Translations under genes and position numbers: made by a program
Part shown: positions 10,710 to 24,075 of the stretch, piece after piece
How positions within the stretch are numbered: the first letter of the stretch is position 1
Layout: every line of letters begins with the position of its first letter
The notes under the pieces: generated by a model
What the model was told of the DNA's origin: nothing
Database searches by the model: none
Seen by the model: the letters and a program-made list of their open reading frames with translations, nothing else
Assembly: GCA_043228905.1 (NCBI GenBank)
Contig: JBHGNT010000015.1
Span: forward strand, 13,578,001 to 13,642,000
Direction of reading: 5' to 3'
Length of the DNA: 64,000 bases
Origin: Azolla caroliniana
Taxonomy: Eukaryota; Plantae; Polypodiophyta

Positions 10710-12221
10710 CTATCTTTCATGTTCATGTTGATCTATTGGAGGAGGTTCAAGCTGAAACCTTTTCTTAAATACTTTTATCCTCTTTCTAGCTACCTCGTTT
10801 AGGATTAGTGTCCCATCCAATTCACTAAGCTTATAAGTAAAGTTATCATATACTTTTCTTACTATATAAGGCCCAAACCATCTTTTAGTGAGCTTGCGGA
10901 TGGTCCTATGTTGATTATCTAAACTGCTATCATACACGAGCACCCAATCTCCTTCTTCTATTTTCTTAGGTCGAATTCTTTGAGTTTTATCAAAACAAAT
11001 TTTATTCTTTAGTCGATCCTCCTTCAATCGTTGGGCTGCTATTTCTATATCTTCAGGTCGACGCTCTAATTGTTGAATTCGCAAAGCAAGTAATTCTTCT
11101 CTGCTCACCTCTTCTTTCCATGGAATAGATATCCATGACATAATTGATTCTTCTATCGGCATGATGGGCTTTTGGCCAAGTATCAATTCAACTGGCATGT
11201 ATCCTGTTACCGAACTATGAGTTGTTCGATCCGCCCATAGTGCATAAGGTAGCATGCGTGACCAATCTCTTATTTTACCTTTACAGCTTTTCATGATCGC
11301 CTTAACTATTGGGCTATGTCCTCTTTCAATCTTTCCATTGGCTTCTGGATTATACGCAGTTGTAAGTGATAATTTGACCCCTATTTGGCTGAAGAATTCT
11401 CTAGCTTCATCAGGGTCGAGTTCTCCTCTATCTGCAATTATTTTACCAACACACCCGTAATGACATATTACATCTTCTAACTAAAATTTACATACAGCTC
11501 TAGTTGTTTTTTGTCGTAATGGTCTTCTTTCTACTTGGTTTGTAAGGTCTTCTCTTGCTAGTACTAAATATCACATTTGACCTTCCCCAAGTGGCATTGT
11601 CACTAGATCGACCATCCATTTATAATGCATTGATGATGAATATGTTGGTTTTAGCTCATCTCGATACCAGATAGTTGAATACCTCTGGCAAACCTCACAG
11701 GTTTCCACAAATTTCGTTACATCTTTATACATAGGTGGCCACCAATACTTTTCTTTCAACTTCATAAATGTCGCCCATATGCCTCTATGTCCTGCCCACA
11801 AACTATCATGGAATTCATTAATTAATTTTCTCTTAATGTCATCCTTACAAATGACTCGAAGAGGATTTTCGGTTGGCCTTTTTGGACACCTCCATAAATG
11901 CCCTTCATGTAAAAAAAACTTGAATGCTCGTCTTCGAAATTCATTTAATTGTTTCTTTGACCATGATGGGTTGGCTTCTTGAGTCTTTAGAAAATTTCCT
12001 ATTTCTAACCATTGACCTTCATACTCTATGTCTTTGAACATTATACTTACATTAAACTCATCATGAGGCGTAATAGATTCTTGATGAGCAAATTGATGGC
12101 TTGTAGTTGCCCAGTTCTTATCTTCAGTTTGCATCACCTTTTCATTTATGAACCTTGCCCTTGACAACATATTTGCAACTGGGTTGTCTTTTCCCTTTAT
12201 ATGCAGCAATTCTGGGTTCAT
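10710..12221 (-). pseudogene. Gypsy B integrase (HHCC, core, GPY/F)
   Basis: FHDSLWAGH...CEVCQ, WMVDL, LWADRTT, WFGPY. Stops and frameshifts at 11460-11571. Confidence 0.9.
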
Positions 12222-12262
12222 GGTTCACCGAAGCATTGCAATATCTGGTGTCGTGCAACTTG

Positions 12263-13708
12263 CTACCATTCCGATGAGTGGCAAACTTCCTTCATATTTT
12301 GTATTGCGTTAATTTTGATCGGTGACGGCTTCCTCCCATACCAGCCACACATATTACCAACTATTAGAACTTCGTTCTGCCCAAGGCTTGACTTTCTTCC
12401 TGGTAGTGTCAAATGTACCTGCTCAAGCTTATTTAAAATACTTTCACAATCATTAATGTGATCCATCACAGACTTTCTACAACCATTGCCAACCATAGTC
12501 TTGTCTTTCTCTCTTTCTAGGCATCCCTTAATAGGAATATCATCTAAAAATGGCATAGTTACCTTTGGGATATATTCATGTAGAACTTTGTTCATTGCAT
12601 TCATCATATGAGCAACTGAATTCGTCGCACCTTGAGGTAGAGTGCACATTCGAACCAACCCAATTGGTGTTTTCATTGTTGTGATATTGCGACTATCAAT
12701 TGCTAGTTGAAATTGGTTGTATCCTGAATATAGGTCTCCCATAGAGTAAATCGCTCTTCCAGCAAACGCTTCTGCAAATTCATCAACGATCGGTCTGATT
12801 CTCGCATTTCGGATTGTGACTTTGATGACTAGTTGTAGATCTTGAATGAATCTTAGAGAACCATCTTTCTTTGGAACTGTGAACCATCTATTGGAGTATG
12901 GTGCATTTGAAGGCTCTAAAATCTTCATCTTGACTTTATCCTTCAGCAGCTCCAACAATTGAGGTAATCGAGCCCTCGATACTGCAATAGGTTTAAAATT
13001 CCAAGGAATATGAGGGATAGTAAATATTACCATTGCCGTCACCACCTTTGGATCTACACAACCAATCTCCTCAGCTTTGAATGTGAACGCTTTCCTGGAT
13101 GCCTAAAGATCATTTCTTTGAAAGTTGCGATCTCTGATTGCAGAAGAAATTCACCCCCTCCGATTCTCAAGTTATTTATTGTCTCCGAAGTGAAGTGATG
13201 TCTGATCTTCTCTACTGGTCGAAGCATAGGCTCAGTTGTTGCTGCCTCCATCTTCTCTTCACTACCAATAGGTAATGGTACTGCAGCAGGTTTGACCTTT
13301 TTATCTATTGTTTTGTATTTTGTATTACATAAACTTTCTACTTCTTCATATTTACAATTATACCTATCAATCTCATAATACATATCAATTGAGTTTACAT
13401 GTATCTTTCTAACATTCTCATCATCTTCTTTCAAATACATTTCTAACTCTTCTAAAGTATTTGCAAAAGAAATTTCTTCCATAACACTTTCAATCTGCTC
13501 TTCCATTTCAAGTACTCCATTATCCTTCAATGCCTATTGAAACAGATTAACATTCTTTTTCAAGTTTCTCTTGCATTCATACATCCTAGTCACACATATA
13601 GCACCACTTTCAGAAACATGAAATGACTTATTCATATGTTGTAATGCCCTATATGAGGGTCTTTTAATAATGGGACTATTGCAACCCTCACTTGCAACAG
13701 TCCTAGTA
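12263..13708 (-). pseudogene. Gypsy B pre-RT spacer and reverse transcriptase
   Basis: YKTIDKKVKP, RFIQDLQ, DLYSGY, LPQGATNS, FLDD. Confidence 0.9.
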
Positions 13709-13715
13709 AAAAACC
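13673..13715 (-). promoter_or_regulatory. Putative -1 frameshift signal, family B (G GTT TTT + 12-bp hairpin)
   Basis: Minus strand CAG GTT TTT TAC TA, then GGACTGTTGCAA-GTGAGGG-TTGCAATAGTCC (12 bp, one G-U pair). Confidence 0.6.
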
Positions 13716-15877
13716 TGATTATCAAAATCATCACAGTCTTTTGGTATTCAATAATCACAAATCTCTTGCTTGTTCCTCTCATGATTTGGGCGAACTGTCA
13801 TAAATTGTACAGTTCGTCGTCCATCTTGGGTACGGATTTTCGTATAGGCAGAACCATTGTCGAGGACTTTGGTCTCCATCTGTACCGCTGTAATGTATGG
13901 TTGCCCCAAGATTATTGGATAGGTAGATCCTTCCTGCACAAAGAAATGTTAATCTACCTCTATATCGCCAATAGTAACCTTTACATTTGGGCATGCACCA
14001 AATAAATCTTCCGTGATTGATGTGGCGGCTTTTACTCACCAACCATGTTGAGTATCAATTGGCCATCTACCTTTCCTGTAAAAATCAGCACTCATTATAT
14101 TTATTTCAGAACCATGATCAATAAGTGCCATCACCGAGTCTGGAACATTTCCAATCTTCACATGATGCTCAGTAGTTGCTCTTGCCCAACATTTGCGAGA
14201 GTAGTGGCTTCTTGTCTCTGTTGAACTTATCATTGAGGTTGATGCATGTTGAGAGTCAACAATGATATTGTTCGACTCATTGCTTACCACTTCATATGCC
14301 ACCTTCGGATTTGTTTCTTTAACCTGCTCATTTACTTGCTTCTTTCTTCGCACAATATCAATTATTTCATCATGAAATTCCTTTTTTGCAATACCTAACA
14401 CTTCTCTTAGTGTAAATTCTACTCGATTGTCTAGTATTCTTGTTTCTAAAACTTTCTTTAAATCTGTATCTTTTTCAATATCAGACATTAATTTGAATGA
14501 AGGACCAGATTTACCTTTTTCGACCTTTGCGTCCATCTCTTTTCTTTTGTTGTCTCTTGTCTCATGCTTTTTGGTTGAGCCAATCTCATCATCTGGCCTT
14601 TTCCTTTTTTCTTTCACTATCACCTCATGCTCTTGGTGTTCTGCCATCTGAGCATAGACCGTCATAGCATCTACTGGAACATCCCATCCAATGTTTTTCC
14701 TTACAGAATCTCCTGCAACACGAAGGTCTTCCATCTTCATTTTTTGCTTTTGTGTGGTACTTACAACCTTCTCCCAGAATGATGATCGGGATGGCATGTC
14801 ATCGAGGCGCATTCCTGCCGTTGCCGAGTAGTACATTGCAGAAGCCTTCTTTGCTTCAGCTTCTTCAAATTTAACCTTAACACCTCCATCACCAAAGTTC
14901 TTTGTAAGTGGACTTCTAGTTTCAGTTAAATAAATGTTACCAATTTTCCAATACACCAAGTCTCGATTTTCCATGTCTTTATATTCCGCACAATCACGTA
15001 ATCGATGTTCGAGACTATCACACCACATGCATCGAGGTCGAAATGGTTCCCTTGACCTCAAAGTCTGACCATTCTCAAGCTTTGCCACTTTAATTGTTAG
15101 ATCTTTCATACTTTGAACTAAATCATCAAGCAAACACTCACTCTTAGTTTCGAACATTTCTCGTGGTTGATGAACCATCTCATGTGATGGTTCTCGACCA
15201 AGTCTTTGAACTTCGATGTTTTGCTCAAGCCGATTTGTGATTCCCCCATATGGTATTTGTAGCATTGCACCATTCCTTTGCATTCTTTTCATAAATTTAT
15301 TACAAGAATTTGTTACCTCATTCCAATCTGTAGTTATACCATCCTCAGTATTTGGTACTTCAAGCATGAATTCCAATTCTTTTCTATATCTCTTGTCAAC
15401 TGCCAGCAAAACTAAAGCAACCTTTTGCCAAGACAAAGAATTTCTTTCTTCTGGCTTTAAGTGTCCATACATCCTATCAAACTTCTTTTTTGTGTCAGCC
15501 ACAGATAACCCTTTATCTTCTTTTAAGATCCATTCATGAAATGAACGCATAGTAACTCGAGAGAAATCCTCACGAGCATATTCAGACACAAGTCCTTCTT
15601 TGAATGCATACCAATCCAAACTATGCAATGTTTGTATTTCATGAATTCTATCTCTTAATTCCATTTCCACTAATTTATAAAAGTTTGCTATCATATTGAC
15701 ATCATTCATACCAGACATTTCCATTTCATCATAATATATATTCACATACTTCGAAATATTTGTACCATAAAACATACCAATCTTCTCTTGGACTTCTCGT
15801 AAGGCATGAAATAATCGATCTTGATTAAACTTTTCAATAAACAACCTTACCAGACCCATTGTAATCATACTTGCCAT
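13703..15877 (-). pseudogene. Gypsy B gag-protease ORF
   Basis: 613-aa ORF 14036-15877 with CCHC (CMWCDSLEHRLRDC) and protease LIDHGSEIN. Continues in broken ORFs to ~13703. Confidence 0.9.
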
Positions 15878-15921
15878 GTTGATGTTGATCTTTACTTTAG
15901 ATGTCTCTTCTACTTCCCCGT

Positions 15922-15939
15922 TTCACGTCGGGTTCACCA
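15922..15939 (-). promoter_or_regulatory. Primer-binding site, tRNA-Trp (perfect 18 nt)
   Basis: Plus strand TTCACGTCGGGTTCACCA, 5 nt from the LTR end. Confidence 0.85.
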
Positions 15940-15944
15940 AATTG

Positions 15945-16965
15945 TGTCGTGGCGTGGCTTGCCTAGAAACGTAGCGTTGGGTAGACAAAAGATATCGTGA
16001 AAGTGAGGAAGGAATCACTGGGATTATGGACGAAAGAGACAAAAGAGTAGAGATAGAGTACATAGAGATCAACAAAATATGACAAGATAGGATATTGAAT
16101 GATATTTGAAGGAATAAAAGAGATTTATAATTATTTGATGAAAGAGTTACAAAAGTGGTTGTAAGCGTCAATCGCTCTTCTCTTTCTTGATAGTAGACCA
16201 CCACAATCTTCACTTCAATATTTTGATGAAGATAAGGCTTGAACCGCCTCCCTCTTGTTGAGAGTTGACCACCACGATCGCCAAGCTAGAACTCCACCTT
16301 TATGTTGAACTTCTTCCTTTCTTTCCCTATTTTATGGTATCTCTTATGTAATATATTTGATTGATATCTCATACCTCTCCCTTTTTTATCTTCTCTTTCA
16401 CCCTTTAAATAGGTGCCCCCATGCATATGATGCATTGGAGGGTACAAGACATACATGTGATGCATGATCGCCATTTGGCGTTCATGCATTGCATGTGATG
16501 CATGATAAACATCTCGCTCATTTGAGCTTTTATGTATGAAAAAATATATGCAATAACAATAAACATGAAAATATAATCTTAAAGAGAAAGAAAGTATCTA
16601 GCCTAATGGTAGTTCTGTTGACTTTGGTGTATGACGTTGTGGGTTCGAGTATCAAAATACTATTGAATACAACATACAACTTTATTTTTATATCATAAGC
16701 AAATCCTTTATGTAATATAAAGTATGCTTTATTTTATGTATATTACTAGTATAGAGTAAATGGTAAGATTTAAGAGTCATAGGGTTGGGTTATTGGTTCA
16801 AGTCCTCTCTTGTTCGTGTAATATATATATTTATCTATATATATCTAATATTATCATATGTGTTGTTAATATTATCTTTATATATAAGACATTTTCAAAT
16901 GTTATTCTAGTTACGTATTTATCTTATTGTAGACTTTTAATGTGAAGCTTTCGTACTTCACGACA
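15945..16965 (-). repeat. Gypsy B 5' LTR
   Basis: TGTCGTG...CACGACA, adjacent to the PBS. Confidence 0.95.
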
Positions 16966-18042
16966 GCGCCACCGCTTCTTCCATCAGTCTCTTCATTCCT
17001 CCCCGTCTGATATTCAGCTCTAGGGCTCTCCGAGTCTCGCTAACATGCACCCTCCCATTCCATAGGTACACCACATTAGCCCTTATTGCTTCTGCAAAGT
17101 CCACGCAGTCCTTCCGGACGTGACCGACCGCGTCACACCACAAGCACCGCTGCCCACCCGGAGGCCTTCGGTCGCGAGGCTACTCATTGTTGTCCCTCCT
17201 CGCTTGTGCAATATGGAGGTCTCGTACCATGTGCATCAGTTCTTCCAGAGCCGCTCTACGTGACGGGCCCTTGACCACGCCGGACGAGCCTGTCTCAAGC
17301 CAATCCCGGGTTCCCTCCTTGCGCGCCAGCGGGGGTCCCTCGAGGTTTCTTGCCGCAACCGCTCCTGCCCCCGACGAGCCCTTGTCAACCCACGCACGCC
17401 GTTTGTCGAAACGGCCGCAGACCCCTTTTACCACGGCCCAGTCGGCCGTCAGCCCAATGTGCGTCCTTAGCAGGAGACCCACTTGCTCCCAATCCCGCAC
17501 GTCCACATCTTTGACGAATAAAAGGACACGGCTCATGTCCAGTACGGTCCTATCTAGTGCCGAAAGATGTGTGAAGTGTTCCTCGAACTCCTGGAGGAGC
17601 GCCGACGCATTCCTCCCCTTTCTTGGGGTCTCTACCCAATCTATAAAGTTCCGCTTCGATAACCGAAGCGTGTCATCAAGCCTGTACCGCTCAAGGAGCC
17701 TCGCTTCGAATTCCCCCCAGGTCCGGCATCGAGCCTGCACCTCGAGCACCTCTGCGTGGATGCCCGGTCTCGCTACCCAGGAAAACCCACGTAGATGCCT
17801 CTCCCCCAGGATGTCCCTCATCACCATTTTGGCCCGATAGGGCACCAAATAACTCGTGGTGTCCTTCCCATCGAACCGGCCTATTGTGCCGACAATTGCT
17901 TCAATGGCCCTGTCGAGGGCACCCGTGCACTCGCGAGCACTTACTATCCAATCGATTCCTGTTGCCATGGCTTCGACGACCTCTAATCCCCTCATTTTCG
18001 ATTCCTCTGCCGCCTTGTTTCACGTTGGGTTCACCAATTTAA
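16966..18042 (-). pseudogene. Gypsy A gag N-terminal part and Trp PBS (18019-18036)
   Basis: ORF 17180-17995 plus the CCHC region (WCDAVGHVRKDC, 16958-17143). Confidence 0.9.
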
Positions 18043-18674
18043 TGTCGTGTTGTTACGCTCACGCGTATGAAATAAGGCGAGACCGCAGGGGCCCTGAACC
18101 GAGGAGCGTGAGAGAGATGAGGGAGAGAGATTCACAGGAACACAAAGAGATAGAAACAAAAGAGTCAATTCCAATAACAGTATAGATTACAGAGCTTGCA
18201 ATGTTACAACCGGCCAGCCGGTGACAGACTCAACACAGACGAACACACGCGCTAAAATACGTGGTGGAGCCTCTAACGAAAGCACGCGGGCTTACACGTA
18301 GTAGAGGCAACCAACCTAACCCAAAATCCTGGCAGAAACAACAACGACGGTGGAGGAGAGAGCTCAGTTCCCAATCCAACAACACTTCTTCCTCCCAAAA
18401 CGTGCAATCCCTAGTCAGCTCTTTTCCCCTGCTTTTATAGCACAAGGAGAGAGAGCCATTTACAGACTGTTAAATCACTGTTATTCTCTGCCCTTTTGAA
18501 CAGAAATCCTCTTCGATTCCCTACTTAAAGAATTCGTGCTACCTAGGATAATTACATCGCCAACCTGTACTTAACCATGTATGTAAATATATATCAAAAC
18601 ATGTGCCCATGTGTAAGGGTTGGTTCACGCACACCATCCACCGATTCCTCCTAGGGACGGTTTTCTTCACGACA
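18043..18674 (-). repeat. Gypsy A 5' LTR (632 bp)
   Basis: TGTCGTG...CACGACA. Aligns with 646-714 plus 4911-5384. Confidence 0.9.
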
Positions 18675-19695
18675 GTGGTGGACCAAGGTATATTGCAGTG
18701 AATTGCCCCCATAGGCCAAGAAGACAGGTAAACCAAATAGTTGCTAGTTCTAATTGTACTAAACCCGAGTCTATTTCAGTAGGAATATATGATAGTCCTA
18801 ATAGTTTTAATAGCCCAAATCTATCGAACAAATTTGATGTCCTTAGTCAGTTAGAAGAAGAGTTAAACGACTAAGTCCAACCAAAATAGGAGCCGTTTGG
18901 TTGGACAACCCTAGAACTATGTAGCCCATTAGTGGTTCCATTCCTTGTAAGCAAGTTAGCATTGTGTTCTTAGCCCAAGTAACAGTTACTACTAAAAGTA
19001 CCTCTCCAATACATGTCTCAGCACTCTTAAATTTGGGAGCTAATTCTTGCTTCATGGATAGGAATTTTGCCCAAGCTCATCAGATATCCCTAAGAAAACT
19101 CCTGTGTCCAGCCTTTGTAGTAGTCATTAATGGTCATCCCATTCCTTCCGGAAATATCATGGAAGAGTCAAAGCCCGTTTATATTGTCCTAGATAATTTA
19201 GCGTGTGTAGTATTATTTAATATAATTAGTATCCCAAAACATCCCATTGTTTTGGGATTACCATGGTTCGAATTACATAACCTAGACATAGATTGGAGAA
19301 CAAGAGAAATCCGATATCGAAAAACCCGAGGATCTACTCATAAGATTGCAACCATTTTGCTACATCAGTTGCATGAGGAAGGACGCAAGGAAGAAATGTT
19401 TCTCTCCGCAGTATCAGTAAAACCCTCCAACACCACTAAAGAGGAGTCCACAGTTCAACTTCCAAAGAAGTATCGTCATTATGTTGATGTGTTCGATAAA
19501 GTACAAGCCAATACCCTTCCTCACCATCAACCATATGATTGCCCCATCGATTTACAACCGGGAAAAGAGCCACCATGGGGACAGATGTACAATTTTTCAC
19601 CAACCGAGCTAGAAGTCCTTCGAGCCTATATATAGGAGAATTTGGCACATGGTTTCATTCGATATTCCAAATCTCTAACCGGCACACCCATTTTC
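18675..19695 (+). pseudogene. Tcn1-like chromovirus: gag end, protease, RT N-terminus
   Basis: End of zinc knuckle (IAVNCP), ALLNLGANSCF (decayed DSG), PYDCPIDLQPG...ELEVLRAYI. Confidence 0.85.
18862..18913 (+). promoter_or_regulatory. Putative gag-pol -1 frameshift signal (G TTA AAC + 11-bp hairpin)
   Basis: Heptamer 18862-18868, gag stop 18872-18874. GTCCAACCAAA (18875-18885) pairs with TTTGGTTGGAC (18896-18906). Protease ORF 18964 is in the -1 frame. Confidence 0.75.
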
Positions 19696-22600
19696 AACAG
19701 TAGTTGAAATCAGAAAATTCGACAACAAAAACTTTGCCTTGTGGAAGGACATGATGCAGGATGTGCTGATCATTCAAAGACAGGTCGAAGCCATTCAGCA
19801 CAGCGAAAAACCTGCTTCAATGACAGCCGAGGAGTGGAGATCAACGAACAAAATCGCACGCTCCATCATCTGAATGAATCTGGTCGAAAACGTATATTTC
19901 AGCATGGTGAAAGAGACGACAACGTTCTCATTGTGGGAGAAGCTATAGGCCGTTTATGAAAAGAAGTCCTCATCTTCAAAACTGATTTTGATCAAACAAT
20001 TGTTCAACATGAAGATGTGAGAAACCGATCTGGCAACCTCCCACATCAACACCTTCAGCCGGGTGGTGTCTGAGCTCTCGTCACAAGGGATCAACTTCGA
20101 AGAAGAAGTGAAAGCCCTTGCCCTCCTATTCTGCATGACATACACCAATAGCCGACCGATCCTAAACTTGGACGAAATAATCGGCCTAGTCCTCACAGAG
20201 GACATCAGGCGAAAATCGATGGGACGAACCATCGATGAATCGGCAGAAGCCCATCACTCGACCAAGTCGTTCGACTGACAGCGAGTCGTTCGACCAAGTC
20301 GACACTACAGCTGATCGAAAACAAGCGGAGACCAACAATGGTTGAAGTTGAAAACGGGCCAATCAAGCAAGTACTACACACACTACAGGAAAGTTGGCCA
20401 CAATGTTTCCAACTACTGGTCATTAAAAAGAAAAGAGAGTGGTTGGCCATTCGAGCGGAATCGGGGACGTTTTGACTCGGACCACTCTCCAGTTGGCAAC
20501 CAGATCAACATTGCCGACACCCGATCCGAAGAAATCCTCTCCTTAGAGGACTCAATGATAAGAGAAGTCCTCTATAGTGCACAAGTTGCAAACATGTGAC
20601 TACTAGACTTTGGCGCCACATTTCAAGTCACCCCCAACATTAAATGGTTCTCGAACTATTCAGTCCGACTGGGGAAAGGGCAGGACTGCAAGATAGTCGG
20701 AACCGGGGAGGTTCCCATTAGATTGCCAAATGGCAACACAATAACCCTGCACTGAGTTCAGCACGTATCTAATCTAAAGAGGAGTCTGGTCTCCATCGGC
20801 ATGTTAGCCAAAGACGGGTATCGAACGACTCTACACAAGTCAACATGGGTGATCAGCCGAGGAAACCTCAAAATCGGTAGTGGGCACAAGTATAATAATC
20901 TATACCCATTGATGGCTATCAACCCTGAAGCAGCCGTGAACATAGCCGAGAAAACCGACCCAAACTTATGGCATGGCCGACTTGGCCACATGTCTCAGGC
21001 CGGACTTGATCGGTTGATGTCGGTCGGTTACATTCTGAAACTCTAGGCAAAGACGAACTTCTGTGAGCATTGTCAATATGTGAAACAGGCCCGAAGTCCT
21101 CACTCTCTCCACTACGAGACGGTACGACAACCCCTAGAGCTCATGCACACAAACATATTTGGGCCCATGCCAGAGCGATCACTAGGAGGATCCCGGTATC
21201 AAGTCCATCACACAGACATATTTGGGCATACTCCATCAAGTCCAAAGATTAAGCGCTCGAGGTCTTCACTCGATGGATATCTGAACTGGAGAACCAGTCG
21301 GGATACAGAGTGAAGACACTCTGATCCGACAATGGAGGTGAGTACACCTCCAAAGCCTTCAAACAGTACCTGTTTGGAAAATGGATCCGACACCAAAAGA
21401 CCATTCCCTACACACCCATGCAAAATGGAGTGGTAGAACGGATCAACAGGACAATCCAGGAGAGGGTGACGGCAATGGTCTAGCAACCGAACTGAAGCTG
21501 GAATTCTAGGCCGAGGCATTGCAGATGGCAATGTACTTGATAAATCTGGCGTCGTCAAGAGCAATCAGGCTCGAAGTGCCACATGCACTATGGTTAGGCA
21601 AACAACCGACCTACAATAGGTTCCGTATATTCAGATGCGAACCCTACACGTTCATCCCCAAGTACCAAAGGACGAAGTTGGCACCCCATGCCACAAAGTG
21701 CATATTTCTCGGTTATGGAACCGATGGGGAGTTCGGCTACCGACTATGAGACCTAGAGAACCAGAAATTGATCCGGAGCAGCGACGTAGTCTTCAATGAA
21801 GACTCTATCTTCACTCAGTGGAACCAATAGAAAATTGTTGGTAAGAAGGTATCCTTTGAAGATTACATCACTGTCGTAGAAGGACCGACCTACCGGGCCG
21901 ATTCGGAGACTCGACAAACAGTTGAAGTCCAATAAGCTACCAACTTCCCTGCCGACACCGAATCGACAACAAGTGCTATTGTCGAACTCAAAGACAAAGT
22001 CATCAAAGACACAGCTGAATTGACCTGATACAAATGGTTCAACTAATAACGATCGACCAACATAGCTGATCGAAGGATCCGAACAAAACATCTCGGCACA
22101 TAGGAGATCTGGACAAGCTCGAAGGAAAATAGAGTTCTACCAACCGGGCCTCGACTACGTCAACTACACGGATGCAGGCAAACCAACCAGCTATGAAGAA
22201 GCTATGGCCGCACTGGATGCCGAAACATAGCTACAAGCCATGAAATCCGAAATGGACTTGATTCATCAGAATCAGACATGGGAGTTGGTCGAACTACTAG
22301 CTGGAAGGACGCAACTACCTTGCAAATGGGTTTTCCGATACAAGTATGTATCCGACTCAGTGAAACCCAAGTACAAAGCTTAGCTTCTCGCGAAAGGATT
22401 CAAACAGGAATACAGGGTCGACTACGATGAGATATTCTCACCAGTAGTTAAGATGACCACCCTCCGACTCCTAGTAGGAGTCGTGGTGACAAAAGATCTA
22501 GAGCTCGAGCAGATGGATGTAATGACGGCATTCCTACACGGAGATCGGGAAAAGGACATATACATGTCGCACCGGCAGGCTTCACGGCGACGGGGGATGA

Positions 22601-24075
22601 CAGTCACCTCGTATGTCGACTAAAAAAAAAGTCTATATGGCCTAAAACAAGCGCCAAGAATGTGGTATCAGAAGTTTGACACCTACATATGGCAACTTGG
22701 ATACAATAGATCAAACTCTGACCCATGCATGTATGTTCGACAATTGGCCGACGAGTCAAGGATCTATCTGATCCTATTCGTCGACGATATGTTGATTGCA
22801 GGAAGCAATCGAGTAGAGATCAGTAAGCTGAAGCAGAACCTTCACACAAAGTTCGTGATGAAGGAACTCGGACAAGCTCGACACATACTGGGCATGAGGA
22901 TAGAGCGAAATCGGACGACCAAAACTCTCTGACTCTCCCAGTCAGAATACATCCGCAAGGTGCTGAAGCGCTTCAACATGGAGAATGTGAAGCCAACACC
23001 GACACCGCTTCCGACGTCGATTGGAATATCAGACAGAGACTCTCCTTCGACGGACAAGGAAAGAGAACTTAATGGAAAAATACCCTATGCATCGGTAGTA
23101 AGAAGTATCATGTACGCAATGGTGGCGACCTGACCCGACCTAGCCTATTCCGTAGGGGTGGTCAGCCGGTACATGTCAAACCTAGGAAAGAAGCATTGGG
23201 AGGCCGTCAAGCACATCCTTAGGTATCTAAAAGGAACCCTAGATGCACAACTGACTTTCGGACTGACAACCTCAGCCAAAGTCGAAGGCTACACCGATTC
23301 CGACTATGCTGGAAATGCAGATAGTTGGAAATCGACATCAGGCTACATCTTCACCTATGGTGGCGGGGCGATATCATGGAGGTCGAAACTTCAAGAGTGC
23401 ACGGCTCTGTCTACCACAGAAGTTGAGTACATAGCAGCATCGGAAGCAGCGAAGGAAGTGATTTGGCTGCATTGACTGACTGCCGACTTTGGAACTGCAA
23501 ACTGAAACGACCAACCAACGCCGACCATCTATTACGACTCAGAGAGGGCAATACACCTCATCAACAATCCCTTCTATCATGTGAAGACGAAGCACATTGA
23601 GGTGTATTATCATCATATCCGGGAGCTCATAAACGAAAAGAAACTCGAAGTCCGAAAGATCCACACCGAGGTGAACATCGCTGATTGCCTGACGAAGCCA
23701 CTCCCAGATCTACGGTTCGGAGCACTAAGGACGAAAATGGGGCTACGACAAGTGATTGAGTAGAAGAAAGCCGAACAAGGAGCAGAAGGTAAGATTTGAT
23801 GGGAACAATAACAACACATCCTATACATCTACCGACTCGGTTGCATGCTAACCGACTTGTAACATATAAACTTAGATCAATTTTGTAATCTAGGCTTACG
23901 GGGGAGATAACCCCAAATACTTGTACATGCAAGAAAGACTAGTCCTTTTACGGGGGAGTTTGTTGGCATAAAAGGTCGACTCCTTCCAAGTTGTATCTGT
24001 CCGACTGTGAACTCGTCAATAAGTTAGGGCTTAGTATATAAGTGAATACCTAATATTGTATAGAATAGAGACGAG

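Larger units (their letters stand above)
9640..16965 (-). mobile_element. Ty3/Gypsy family B element (Phygy-like), two LTRs, degenerate, RNase H deleted
   Basis: LTRs 9640-10669 and 15945-16965 (TGTC...GACA). Trp PBS 15922-15939. PPT complement CCCCCTC at ~10674-10680. Domain order gag-PR-RT-INT. Confidence 0.95.

Noticed and set aside
15922-15939. Possible tRNA-Trp gene
   Set aside because: Only the 3' 18 nt including CCA are present, next to an LTR, so it is a PBS.
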